From: an uncultured archaeon
GTDB taxonomy: Archaea > Aenigmatarchaeota > Aenigmatarchaeia > CG10238-14 > SCSR01
Reading direction: 5' to 3'
Length of the DNA stretch: 64,000 nucleotides
NCBI GenBank assembly: GCA_964366355.1
Contig: CAYITO010000001.1
Span: forward strand, 2,459 to 66,458
The position numbers and the translations under genes were made by a program. Shown here one piece after another: positions 18,977 to 28,563 of this stretch (position 1 is its first letter; every line of letters begins with the position of its first letter). The notes beneath the pieces were generated by a model. The model searched no databases. It was not told where the DNA came from and saw nothing but the letters and a program-made list of their open reading frames with translations.

Positions 18977-20134
18977 ATGAAAGTCAAAAGTTTGAAAATA
19001 CGGGAAGTGCTTGCAACAAATTCCCACAAAACAATCGAGGTTGAACTGCAGACAGAGAAGGGTTCTGTAAGGGCGTCGGTTCCTATCGGCACTAGCAGAG
19101 GCAAGTACGAGGTTGCTTATCTGCCAGTAGATGAGGCAGTATTAAAATTTGGTGGTATCAAACGACATTTTACATCCGAGGAACTGTCCGAGCAGAAAGA
19201 AGTTGACGAGATGCTCAGGATGATAGACAAGACTCCGGACTTCAAGGAAATTGGCGGCAATCTCGCATTGGGCATATCATCAGCTTTCCTGAAGGCTTTT
19301 GCACTTGAAAACAACCAAGAAGTATTCCAATTCTTGTCAAAAAAGCCATCCATGCCAAAACCGATATCGATAGTCGCCGGTGGATGGAAGGGACAGAGCG
19401 ACATACAGGAATTCCACTTTCTCCCTGTGCACCAAAATTCTTTCTTTGATAATATAACCAAAATCGCTTCAGCATATTTTGCGGTTGGAGAGAGCTTGAA
19501 AGAACATGATAGAAGTTTTAAATTCAGCAAAATTATCGAGTCAGGCTGGTTCACAACCCTGCACTATGAAAAACTGTTGGATGTCTTGACAAAAATCGCA
19601 AATGAAAAATCGCTGAAGATTGGATTGGATGTCGCAGCTTCGGAAATTTGGGATGGCGATGCTTATGTCTATTCGGATGGCAAACGCCTGTCTGCAACAC
19701 AACAAATCGAACTGATGGAAAATCTGGCCAATAATTACCCGATAACTTATATCGAAGATCCGTTCAACGAAGACGACTTCATTTCATTTTCAACCCTAAC
19801 CCATAGATTGCAAAACAAAACAGTATGCGGCGACGACATTTTCACAACAAATCTCAAAAGATTGAATTATGGCATCATGCACAAGGCAGCCAATGCCATC
19901 CTGATCAAGCCAAACCAAATCGGCACAATAACAGACATGATGAAGGTCATAGAGGAAGCCAAGAGAAACAGGCTGGTCACAGTGATGTCACACCGTTCTT
20001 CAGAATGCGACGATGTGTTAATTGCACATTTGGCTGTCGGATTGAATTGTGATTATGTAAAGTTCGGCATATCAGGAGACAGGGTAATCAAGCTAAACGA
20101 GATGATAAGAATAGAAGAAAAGCTTGCAAGTTAA
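18977..20134 (+). CDS. eno: Enolase
   Basis: IQEF, GLDVAASE, IEDPF, CGDD, IKPNQIGT, MSHRS, VKFG. Confidence 0.92.
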   Translation: MKVKSLKIREVLATNSHKTIEVELQTEKGSVRASVPIGTSRGKYEVAYLPVDEAVLKFGGIKRHFTSEELSEQKEVDEMLRMIDKTPDFKEIGGNLALGISSAFLKAFALENNQEVFQFLSKKPSMPKPISIVAGGWKGQSDIQEFHFLPVHQNSFFDNITKIASAYFAVGESLKEHDRSFKFSKIIESGWFTTLHYEKLLDVLTKIANEKSLKIGLDVAASEIWDGDAYVYSDGKRLSATQQIELMENLANNYPITYIEDPFNEDDFISFSTLTHRLQNKTVCGDDIFTTNLKRLNYGIMHKAANAILIKPNQIGTITDMMKVIEEAKRNRLVTVMSHRSSECDDVLIAHLAVGLNCDYVKFGISGDRVIKLNEMIRIEEKLAS

Positions 20135-20143
20135 ATTATATTC

Positions 20144-20752
20144 ATGGCCAAGATGCCATTAGAAGACGCCGATGAGCGAAATACAAGCAAGCTGCATTTA
20201 AACCCCTGGGAAATCATCCAGATTGTCTTGATTGTAATCGTGGCCTATCTGATGTATCTGTGGAAAGGCCCTCCGCTCGCGGCATTGACTGTCATGGTAT
20301 GGATTGACAAAAATTTCTTTACTAGGTTGAAATTTCAGGACCAATTTGGCTTGGAGCTGGAGACATTATCTTCGATAATTGCCGGCGTTATCTATGGTCC
20401 GTTCTTCGGCTTCTTCTTCGGCTTTGTCGTCTGGACATTTATCGGCGGCCTTTTTGAGATCGTTGCTTGGATGATTGTCCCGCCATATGGGCCTGCGACA
20501 TATCCATTCGTTCCGTCATTCGATACGCTGACTGACGGCTTTTTGGGTGTTGTAGGCGGTTTAGTCGGTACATCTATACCTCTGTTATTTCTAGTGTTCG
20601 GTGCATGTGTAATCCGAAATGTCATACAAATTGTTAAAGATTACGTATACGGCTGGCCACCGAAATTCGCATATGTGATAAACATTCTTTTCAATGTTAT
20701 CATAGTGATTGCATTCCAGTATTATTTGAAAGCAATATTCAATATATCCTAA
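20144..20752 (+). CDS. Hypothetical multi-pass membrane protein
   Basis: Several hydrophobic segments; GxIYGPFFG is reminiscent of ECF S-components. Confidence 0.6.
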   Translation: MAKMPLEDADERNTSKLHLNPWEIIQIVLIVIVAYLMYLWKGPPLAALTVMVWIDKNFFTRLKFQDQFGLELETLSSIIAGVIYGPFFGFFFGFVVWTFIGGLFEIVAWMIVPPYGPATYPFVPSFDTLTDGFLGVVGGLVGTSIPLLFLVFGACVIRNVIQIVKDYVYGWPPKFAYVINILFNVIIVIAFQYYLKAIFNIS

Positions 20753-20804
20753 TTCCTTCCATGTTTGAAAATTTTTAAATATCATTACAACTAAGATAGA
20801 TGAT

Positions 20805-21878
20805 ATGGTTTCAATCGAAGCTTTAATCCCGAATGAATATCTCAATTTTCTGATAATCATAGTAGCCTCTGTAGTCTTTTCATGGCTAGCTCATTTTATC
20901 CTGAATAGACACGTCAAGAAAATCGTCGAAAAAACAAAGCAAGAAATCGATGATGAAATTCTTAAAGTCTCCTCTAAACCATTGCACACTTTGATCATTT
21001 CTATAGGACTATACATCGCCTTGAAATCTCTGTCAATTTTAACACCATACACCATTTGGTTGGATGGAGGATTTTTCGTACTTATTGCATTGGTCATATC
21101 ATGGACAATTTCCAGAATTTTAAAAATTTTAATAAGCCATTGGATCAAAGTTCAACATGGCTATGAAAAAGCACCCGAAGTAATCAGCAAAATAATTTCG
21201 ATGATAGTTTATCTTATAACTATTTTAATTATTCTCGCTTATTTCCGAATTGAGATAACACCTCTGATTGCAGCTTTGGGATTAGGCGGTGTGGCTGTAG
21301 GACTTGCCCTCCAAAGCACGCTCTCAGACTTTTTTGCCGGCATAAACATAGTCACGGACCGTCCAATAAAAGTCGGCGATTTTGTAGATCTCGAGGGAAA
21401 TATTTTGGGCGAGGTGGAGGATATAGGATGGCGAACGACAAAAATCAAGGTATTAGGTGGTGATGTAGCAATCGAGCCATTAGTAGCTGACATCATAATT
21501 ATTCCAAATTCAAAGCTTTCCAACTCTATAATCAAGAACTACTCTGTTCCCAGCCCAAGGACTACAGCATTAGTCGAATGCGGCGTTTCCTATAAATCTG
21601 ATTTGAGAAAAGTAGAGAAGATTACATTGGATGTCGCGAAAAAAATACAGGGAACATTTCCAGGTGCAGTTAAAGATGCTGAACCAGCTATGATGTACAA
21701 AACTTTCGGCGATTCTAACATCAATTTCATAGTTATACTGCGTGTTGAAAATATTATGCAGAAACGGCCAGTAATTCATGAATTCATAAAAGCGCTCAAA
21801 GAACGATACGACAAAGAAGGAATAGAAATTTCCTGGCCAATCAGAAAAATATACTATGGCAACAATGAGAAACTCTAA
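20805..21878 (+). CDS. mscS: Small-conductance mechanosensitive channel
   Basis: GLALQSTLSDFFAG, PIKVGD, IGWRTT, IPNS, GIEISWP. Confidence 0.93.
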   Translation: MVSIEALIPNEYLNFLIIIVASVVFSWLAHFILNRHVKKIVEKTKQEIDDEILKVSSKPLHTLIISIGLYIALKSLSILTPYTIWLDGGFFVLIALVISWTISRILKILISHWIKVQHGYEKAPEVISKIISMIVYLITILIILAYFRIEITPLIAALGLGGVAVGLALQSTLSDFFAGINIVTDRPIKVGDFVDLEGNILGEVEDIGWRTTKIKVLGGDVAIEPLVADIIIIPNSKLSNSIIKNYSVPSPRTTALVECGVSYKSDLRKVEKITLDVAKKIQGTFPGAVKDAEPAMMYKTFGDSNINFIVILRVENIMQKRPVIHEFIKALKERYDKEGIEISWPIRKIYYGNNEKL

Positions 21879-21892
21879 CAGTTCAGTTTTTT

Positions 21893-22726
21893 TTAAATCC
21901 CTTTCGATATTTCTTTCAATCTTCTAATTCGCTCTTGGACTGGCGGATGAGTCGAAAATAACTTTACGAAAGCATCTCCGCTGAATGGATTTACAATAAA
22001 TAAATGGCTTGTGGCCGAATTCCCCTGCAGAGGATGATTAGTAGCAACCTTGGATATCTTGTCTAACGCAGATGCCAACGCCAATGGCTTCTTAGAAATC
22101 AAAGCGCCTGTTTTATCGGCTGCATATTCTCTTGTTCTCGATATTCCTAGTTGAATTAACGTAGCTGCCAGTGGTGCTAAAATTATCAAAGGCAGAAAGA
22201 TTGCACTACTACCCTGTCTTCTCTCACCGCCAAATGCTCCCCATAAAGCCATATGTGCAATGTAGGAAATGGCACCGGCGACCGTAGCAACAATTGTAGA
22301 AGTAAGTGTATCCCTATTTTTAACATGACTCAATTCATGCGATAGAACACCTTCAATCTCATCCCAATCCAATTGTTTCAAAAGTCCACTAGTTACTGCA
22401 ACAGCCGCATGCTTAGGCGAACGACCTGTTGCGAACGCATTTAGGACAGGCAAATTAACCAAATACAGCTTAGGTTTGGGCATCCCCGCCTCGTCTGCAA
22501 TCCTTTCTACAATATCATGCAACTTAGGCTCATCGCTTTTTGAAATAGGTTTTGCCCTGTACATTGCAAGTACAATTTTGTCAGAATACCAGTAGCTGAA
22601 GAAATTCAGGCCCAAGGCGATGAAAAAGAAAATTGTCATGCCCTGTATTCCAGCCAATAAGAAGCCTATGACTAATAGAATGCCTGTAAGCAATCCCAAC
22701 AATGCAGCAGTTCTTAAAAAGCTCAT
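21893..22726 (-). CDS. htpX: Zinc metalloprotease HtpX (M48)
   Basis: NAFATGR, HELSHVKNRD, SRTREYAAD, STHPP. Confidence 0.95.
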   Translation of the reverse strand: MSFLRTAALLGLLTGILLVIGFLLAGIQGMTIFFFIALGLNFFSYWYSDKIVLAMYRAKPISKSDEPKLHDIVERIADEAGMPKPKLYLVNLPVLNAFATGRSPKHAAVAVTSGLLKQLDWDEIEGVLSHELSHVKNRDTLTSTIVATVAGAISYIAHMALWGAFGGERRQGSSAIFLPLIILAPLAATLIQLGISRTREYAADKTGALISKKPLALASALDKISKVATNHPLQGNSATSHLFIVNPFSGDAFVKLFSTHPPVQERIRRLKEISKGI

Positions 22727-22794
22727 TTTCCCAACCGTAATTTATTGTTGTATAACCTTATAAAAATATCATATCCAGAATGTAATATATTTTA

Positions 22795-23397
22795 ATGGCA
22801 AAGAGAAGCAGACATACTATTGACGGGGCTATAAAGAATTTTGTCGGCGACTATCAATGGGAGCATAGGAATGCATTTTTTATAATTCTGAGTATAATTG
22901 TTGCCTACATCTTGCTGAAATCACAATTAATCCACAATTCAATTGCAACTATTGGTGATCTTGGCTATATTGGAAGTTTTGTTGCCGGGCTATTTTATGC
23001 ATATACTTTGACAGCAATTCCAGCTACAGCTAGTCTGTTCCTTCTTGGAGGACAGCTAAATCCCATACTCATCGCAATAACAGGGGCAGCCGGTGCAGTT
23101 TTAGGCGACTATATGATATTTCGTTTTGTCAAAGACAGTTTTATCCAAGGACTAGAGGAATTTCCAACCTTGAGGAAAATTATTTTCAAAATAAGCGACA
23201 ATATGAAAAAATCAAAAATTTCGAAAAAGCTTATCCCACTTCTGGCAGGTTTTATAATTGCTTCGCCGTTGCCTGATGAGTTGGGAGTAAGCATGCTTGG
23301 TATGGTTCGCTTTCGTTCAAGGAAATTCTTCATTTATTCATTTTCTTTGAATTTCATAGGAATTTTATTGATTGCATTTGCCGGAAAAGTTTTGTAA
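22795..23397 (+). CDS. Membrane protein (DedA/VTT-like)
   Basis: GAVLGDYMIFRF, SPLPDELG; multiple TM segments. Confidence 0.6.
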   Translation: MAKRSRHTIDGAIKNFVGDYQWEHRNAFFIILSIIVAYILLKSQLIHNSIATIGDLGYIGSFVAGLFYAYTLTAIPATASLFLLGGQLNPILIAITGAAGAVLGDYMIFRFVKDSFIQGLEEFPTLRKIIFKISDNMKKSKISKKLIPLLAGFIIASPLPDELGVSMLGMVRFRSRKFFIYSFSLNFIGILLIAFAGKVL

Positions 23398-23427
23398 AAA
23401 TATAAATATACAACCGAAATATAACTC

Positions 23428-24381
23428 ATGCTCAATTTAATTGATTTAGTTGACAATGAGGAAAAAACTTTAACTCTTGATGAACTAAAGGAAGCGAAAC
23501 TGCATAATGTCTGGCTGGATTTAAAAGACCCTTCTGATGAGGAGGTCAGGGCTTTAGCAGAGAAAGTTGACATTTCCAAAAATCTCATCAAACCCACAGA
23601 GCTTCCAACATTTTCATCCATCCGTTACGTAGAAAATATGGCTATATTTTATTTTTCCAGTTTCTCAGGAGAATTTGACTTAAAAGAACTGTCTACAATT
23701 GCAATAATTTTTTCAAAAACTTTCATCGTTACGGTGCGAATCGGAGACATGCCTGCTTTGGACAAGGCAAAACAGCGCCTGCGCAAGGCAGAGACTGATT
23801 CACCGTCATATGTTCTTTATGTCCTTCTGGATGAAATCATAGGCAATTATTTTTCCTATGTAGAGCTTATAGACGACAAAGTTTCTCATCTGGAAGAAGC
23901 TGTGATAGAAAAACCTGCCGAAGGGTTGTTCAAGGAAATTATCGAAACGAAATCAAAATTAACCACTTTCAGCCGTTTTCTTTGGTACGAAAGGAGCGTC
24001 CTGTACGTTCTCAAGCGATCAGCCTTGCCTTTCATTACTGATATGACCAAAAGTTATCTGGATGAATTGGTAGACGACCTAACAAAACAAATTGATAGTG
24101 TCACTATATTCCGAGAAATTCTCACAGATGCGATGAACTTTTATCGTGCCGCCCTGACGCAGCAGTCGAATGAGAGGATAGAAAAACTTTCCGATATAGT
24201 GAAAGTACTGACAGCTTTGACGGTTATTATGGCAATCCCAGCTTCAATATCCTCTCATTATGGGCAAAACTTTCCTATACCGGAAATCAAGTCAGTAGAA
24301 TTTTATTACTTGACCACTGTGGTCACAGTAGGTTTGATATTGTTTGTAATTTTCATTTTCAAGAAAAAGGGCTGGATTTAG
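23428..24381 (+). CDS. corA: CorA-family divalent cation transporter
   Basis: WLDL..P, LLDEI, VKVLTALT, YGQNF (GMN-like), FKKKGWI. Confidence 0.9.
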   Translation: MLNLIDLVDNEEKTLTLDELKEAKLHNVWLDLKDPSDEEVRALAEKVDISKNLIKPTELPTFSSIRYVENMAIFYFSSFSGEFDLKELSTIAIIFSKTFIVTVRIGDMPALDKAKQRLRKAETDSPSYVLYVLLDEIIGNYFSYVELIDDKVSHLEEAVIEKPAEGLFKEIIETKSKLTTFSRFLWYERSVLYVLKRSALPFITDMTKSYLDELVDDLTKQIDSVTIFREILTDAMNFYRAALTQQSNERIEKLSDIVKVLTALTVIMAIPASISSHYGQNFPIPEIKSVEFYYLTTVVTVGLILFVIFIFKKKGWI

Positions 24382-24398
24382 AAGCTTAACTCAGAATT

Positions 24399-24974
24399 TT
24401 ATTTTACAATTTCCAACTTCAAAATACCGTTCTTGAATTGTCTGTCCACATACGCATTAGCTGGGACAGGTAACAGCTTAAAATAGCCTTTGTTGCCAGC
24501 AGCTGCTCTTATCTCAATGCTTTGTTCCAGCTGCTTTATCTGGACATCTTCCTCTTTGACATCTGGCAAGTTGATTGTAATTATCTGCTTTTTGCCAACA
24601 TGCTGTATCTTGGTCTCAGGTTCTTCGGTAAATTCTGGAATTCTAATCTCCCTTTTACCTTCGAACACAGGTTCTTTAACAGGAAATCTATGTTCGTGAT
24701 GTCTGTGGCCGGCAGATGTTTTGACCTCAACCCTAGGCTGGATGCCTGTGCCTGATGTTATTGTAATGCTTACGCCCCTTGCAGGAGACTTTAATCTAAA
24801 TCTCGGAAATCCCAAATTTCCCTCGAGCGTTTTATTGATCATTTCCATTTCCCTGCCGATATTTTTGTAATCACCGAAACTCTTCCCCAGCAAATCAACC
24901 CCGCAATTCGGGCAGAAATTCCATTTGTCCTTTGTCTCAACATTACAGTTTTTGCATTTCTTTTTCCAAAACAT
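24399..24974 (-). CDS. Zn-ribbon + Hsp20/alpha-crystallin-like protein
   Basis: CKNC..WNFCPNCG; EEPET, LPDVK, FKNGILKLEI. Confidence 0.7.
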   Translation of the reverse strand: MFWKKKCKNCNVETKDKWNFCPNCGVDLLGKSFGDYKNIGREMEMINKTLEGNLGFPRFRLKSPARGVSITITSGTGIQPRVEVKTSAGHRHHEHRFPVKEPVFEGKREIRIPEFTEEPETKIQHVGKKQIITINLPDVKEEDVQIKQLEQSIEIRAAAGNKGYFKLLPVPANAYVDRQFKNGILKLEIVK

Positions 24975-25010
24975 ACTATCTCATGCTCCTTCCTATTAAT
25001 ATATTCTAGT

Positions 25011-25439
25011 TTATCGAATTTTAATCTCTTTGCCAGCCTTCTTCTTTTCCTTCTTAGGCAGCCTGACTACAAGCGAGCCATTTTCAAACTCAGCCTCCGC
25101 TTTTTTATAGTCGACCTCTACAGGCAGGGTCATGAATTTCCTGAATGTGCCCAACCTTCTCTCAGCCCTATAAACGTCTCTAGCCTTCTCAATTTTACTT
25201 TCTTTATGGCTTGCAGAAATCTCGACGGTTCTTTCAGTCACTTTCACTGCAATCTCGTCTTTGTTGAACTGCGGAAGATAGGCTTTTACCACAACATCTT
25301 CATCCGTCTCGCCAACATCGATAAAATCAAACATTCCAGTAATATCTTTCATCGGCATGCCTTCCATGCTTTCTGACATCATTTTTGCAAACAATTTTTT
25401 CATCCTCTTCAATTCAGAAAAGTTCTCGTCCCAAACCAT
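25011..25439 (-). CDS. Small heat shock protein (Hsp20)
   Basis: DVGET, LP.FNKDEI, ERRLGTFR, AEFENGSLVVRLPK; GGTGA RBS. Confidence 0.92.
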   Translation of the reverse strand: MVWDENFSELKRMKKLFAKMMSESMEGMPMKDITGMFDFIDVGETDEDVVVKAYLPQFNKDEIAVKVTERTVEISASHKESKIEKARDVYRAERRLGTFRKFMTLPVEVDYKKAEAEFENGSLVVRLPKKEKKKAGKEIKIR

Positions 25440-25480
25440 ACAATCACCACTAATAGTAAGAATCAAATTTTATAAATATA

Positions 25481-25669
25481 TTAAGTAAGTGTCTGAATCT
25501 TTTTTCCTTTGAAGAGCGCCTTGCCGCCAGTCGGGAGAACCAACTCTTCTTCGCAATTTAGGCATTTCACAACCATTGAAGCCTTGCTGAATATAATCTG
25601 CTCATTCTTGCATTTGCGACAAAGCAATTTTATGAATCGCGATTCCGGAGCAGTTATTATCTCTTTCAT
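25481..25669 (-). CDS. rps27e: 30S ribosomal protein S27e
   Basis: PESRFIKLLCRKCKNEQIIF, C..C, PTGGKA. Confidence 0.95.
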   Translation of the reverse strand: MKEIITAPESRFIKLLCRKCKNEQIIFSKASMVVKCLNCEEELVLPTGGKALFKGKKIQTLT

Positions 25670-25950
25670 CCCTTCACCAGTTCAAGCTTCTTTACCCTAA
25701 AACCAGCACCGTGCATATGTTTCTTACCACATACAGAACATTTAAACCTCAAATCAACTTTTCTTGTGGGCTTCTCCCTTCCTTTCGGATTCTCCTTAGG
25801 AAAGCTTCCATATCCCAGCATCTTCCTTAAGAAGCGCCTCTGGCCCTGCGCCATCGTTCTTCTAGTCTTCTTCTTTGCCAACTCTGCGGTATGCGGCGTG
25901 TGTTTCTTGCAAAATAGACAGTATATATTGAGTTCCTTCGGGAATTTCAT
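25666..25950 (-). CDS. rpl44e: 50S ribosomal protein L44e
   Basis: MKFPK, YCLFCKKHT, GYGSFP, KPTRKVDLRFKCSVCGK. Confidence 0.95.
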   Translation of the reverse strand: MKFPKELNIYCLFCKKHTPHTAELAKKKTRRTMAQGQRRFLRKMLGYGSFPKENPKGREKPTRKVDLRFKCSVCGKKHMHGAGFRVKKLELVKG

Positions 25951-25968
25951 TCTTATCAATTGAAAGAT

Positions 25969-26343
25969 TTACTTTAAAAGTATTAAGAGTTTGGGATAAA
26001 ATAGGATTATTCCTACAATCACAGACGCTATCACGGTTATCAGTACTGCGCTTGCCGAAATGTCTTTTACAATTTTTATTGAAGGGTTGTGTTTTTTATC
26101 CACATAATCCGCAAAAATTTCTATTGCAGTGTTGAACGCCTCTGCAGCCAATACGCTTGAAATAATCAGAATCAGTATCAGCCACTCTACTGCACTAAAA
26201 CCAAGATACAAAGCCGCGATAATTGTTGCAATCGCAATTACAAGATGTATCTTGAAGGTATTCTCCGTGCGCGTGACTTCCATTAGTCCTGCCAATGCTT
26301 CCTTGAAGTGTATGTGTCTCACAATTAGAAAATTCAATTTCAA
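25969..26343 (-). CDS. dgkA: Prokaryotic diacylglycerol/undecaprenol kinase family
   Basis: ENTFKIH, EAFNTAIE...D, KIVKDISASAV. Confidence 0.85.
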   Translation of the reverse strand: MKLNFLIVRHIHFKEALAGLMEVTRTENTFKIHLVIAIATIIAALYLGFSAVEWLILILIISSVLAAEAFNTAIEIFADYVDKKHNPSIKIVKDISASAVLITVIASVIVGIILFYPKLLILLK

Positions 26344-26870
26344 GCCTTAAATTCTTCTATCGCGTCTTTTTCCATCAGGACTTTGGCATTATCTTCAGGC
26401 AAGCTTGCAGTATCCCCCTTCTTGAAAGGGCCGTAAGTCTTCATATCGCTTCCGATAAATTCAGGAACATCTTCCTTGAAAATTATCAAGCTGGGTTCCT
26501 TCTTCTCGCCAGCAATTATAGATTTCAACATACCATCCCGCCTTCCCCTTATCAAGCCCACCAAGGAACTGTAGAATATCTTTTCTTCCTGCGTCAAGTT
26601 TTCCGGCGTTATTCTTGTTCGTACATTTATTATCGCAGCATTCAGAATTTTCCTCTCCCGCCTGTTGACTATATCCTCAACCAACCTTTCAACGCCCTTT
26701 ATTTCCAAGAACTCCTTCCTGTCATCATTCGACACCAAGCTTCTTTTATGATCCAGATATGCTGCAATTGCATCGAAGAAATTCTCAGGAAGCCTCGCCA
26801 ATTTTGGCAGTCTTTGCTCTTCCCTTTGTATCTTTCTTATCAGCTCAAAAGTTATGGTTTCCTCTAGCAT
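26340..26870 (-). CDS. DNA replication complex GINS subunit (Gins15/51)
   Basis: IQREE, LARLPENFF, RRERKI, NLTQEE, PEFIGSDMKTYGPFKKGD; located beside primase and L44e. Confidence 0.85.
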   Translation of the reverse strand: MLEETITFELIRKIQREEQRLPKLARLPENFFDAIAAYLDHKRSLVSNDDRKEFLEIKGVERLVEDIVNRRERKILNAAIINVRTRITPENLTQEEKIFYSSLVGLIRGRRDGMLKSIIAGEKKEPSLIIFKEDVPEFIGSDMKTYGPFKKGDTASLPEDNAKVLMEKDAIEEFKA

Positions 26871-26964
26871 ACCAGTTAATATACAACACCTAAAACGTAA
26901 AAAGCTAACTAAACTGTAGATATTGAACAAAGAGTAATTTTATCTTTACCAAATAGGAAAATGC

Positions 26965-27064
26965 ATTTCGTCTAACGTATGCTATTTACAGAAGCTTTTT
27001 GCCCTCTGGAACGAGGCACGGCAACTCTGCCGAGCGACGAACTGGCAAAAAATTTGGGTGAACG
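26965..27064 (-). repeat. Structured element resembling the 3' half of an integron attC site
   Basis: Minus strand ends ...CTTCTGTAAATAGCATAC-GTTAGAC (GTTRRRY core). Nested inverted repeats: TTTTTGCC/GGCAAAAA and CGGCA-ACTC-TGCCG. Confidence 0.45.
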
Positions 27065-27128
27065 ACTGCTTTTCCAACAAGTCAAAGAAAATTTTATCCT
27101 GAGGTATAAGCCACTCTTTAAGTCCCAT
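27062..27128 (-). pseudogene. N-terminal stub of a DUF47 (phosphate transport regulator-like) gene
   Basis: MGLKEWLIPQDKIFFDLLEKQS matches the typical DUF47 N-terminus, then runs into the repeat and stops at 26982. Confidence 0.55.
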
Positions 27129-27171
27129 AATCCCCGATAAATTACTTGTAAACTAAAGTTATAACTCTATT

Positions 27172-28470
27172 CTATCGCGTCTTTTTCCTAGTCCCAGATT
27201 TGTCGGCTTTCGAAATTTTCCTCATAGGATAGCTGATTGGATTCTTGATTCCTTGCGCATGGAGGTCTTTGCATAAGTCATACAGCCCCATGCTTTTGTA
27301 GAAGTTCTCATTGTCGCAGTTTGGCGGAGCCAATATCCTGTCACTTTGCCTGAAGTGCCATCTCAACTGGGAGCGCAGATAGCTGGACCTCAAAGGCGAA
27401 TAGTTCTTTTCATTCCACTCAAAAATCCTTTTTTCCACCTGCTCAGGATTCCAACCCATGTTTCTTAGGAAGTTGATTAGAATGAATAGCGAACGCTTCT
27501 TGCCGTCGCCTATGCCCTCCAAGATTTTTTTGATGCAGGGCGGGAAATAAGTTTCTGGAATGAATCTTGTTCTGTTGAATTCCCTTGTTTTTGGAAGTCC
27601 CTCTTTTTCTTCAACCATGTTTTTGGCAGCCCAGTCCAAAGCTTCTATCACCAAATCTTGAGCATCGCCCTTTGTCTCCGGAATTAAAAATTTCACCTCA
27701 ACCTTTGCATTTTCTGGCAAAGCCTGCTCCTTTTCAAACTTTCTTATATCCTCGGCTTTCAATGGCAAACTAACCAGCAAAGTGCTTTCGTGCAATGAAT
27801 ACGGCAGACGGAACAGATGCCTGCTTTTGAAAATGTCCATGTTGACAATCTTGAACGGGTCTATTTCCTCGTCCTTGATTATTTCATTCAAATTTTTCTC
27901 GCTTCTTCTTGCCAAGTTTTCAAGACTATCCAATGCAATCAGTTCATCCTTCAGCATGTCTTTGATATACCATTTTATGAAATTCGTAACCTTTTCCTGC
28001 AAACCAGGATAAAGCAACTGGATAGGCTGGTAGTTGATAGTCGGAGGCAGTGATTCGAACGGAACACCTATATGAAACCCCTTGCCACCGGAAAATTTCA
28101 AAGAGTAATTTCTCACACCATGATCTTTGAGAGCTTCTATGACAGTTCTTGTGGCGACTTTTGCAATTTCGAAGTCCTTGACGTCCGGATCGAAGAAAAC
28201 GCTCCAGCCCGTTCTCATATTATCCAAGTCCTTTTTAATCATGCCCACTTCCAGTTTCATGGGATTGGACCAGTGCTCGATGCTGCCGTGAAATGCAATA
28301 GCCCCCTCCGACACGGCATTTAGAATATCGCTCGGATACTGCATTATGTCAGGGCGCTTGCCAAAGGCACCACCATTGTAGACCGAGACTACTTCACGGT
28401 TATTCGAAACTTCTAGAATTGCTTTTTGTACAGATTCTTTAGAATACCAGTTGTAGGCTTTTTGCAGCAT
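27172..28470 (-). CDS. Single-chain DNA primase (PriS catalytic domain fused to PriL C-terminal domain)
   Basis: FFDPD, KFSGGKGFHI and RLPYSLH (AEP motifs) plus FPPCIKKIL..GDGKKR...PPNCDN (PriL Fe-S domain). Confidence 0.9.
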   Translation of the reverse strand: MLQKAYNWYSKESVQKAILEVSNNREVVSVYNGGAFGKRPDIMQYPSDILNAVSEGAIAFHGSIEHWSNPMKLEVGMIKKDLDNMRTGWSVFFDPDVKDFEIAKVATRTVIEALKDHGVRNYSLKFSGGKGFHIGVPFESLPPTINYQPIQLLYPGLQEKVTNFIKWYIKDMLKDELIALDSLENLARRSEKNLNEIIKDEEIDPFKIVNMDIFKSRHLFRLPYSLHESTLLVSLPLKAEDIRKFEKEQALPENAKVEVKFLIPETKGDAQDLVIEALDWAAKNMVEEKEGLPKTREFNRTRFIPETYFPPCIKKILEGIGDGKKRSLFILINFLRNMGWNPEQVEKRIFEWNEKNYSPLRSSYLRSQLRWHFRQSDRILAPPNCDNENFYKSMGLYDLCKDLHAQGIKNPISYPMRKISKADKSGTRKKTR

Positions 28471-28563
28471 AACGTTCCATGAGAAGCAGAGCTCCTCAAG
28501 ATATATTAAGAGGGTATATTTAAATCCTAATTTTTAGGTTATGTAGTACGTACTACATTGAAT

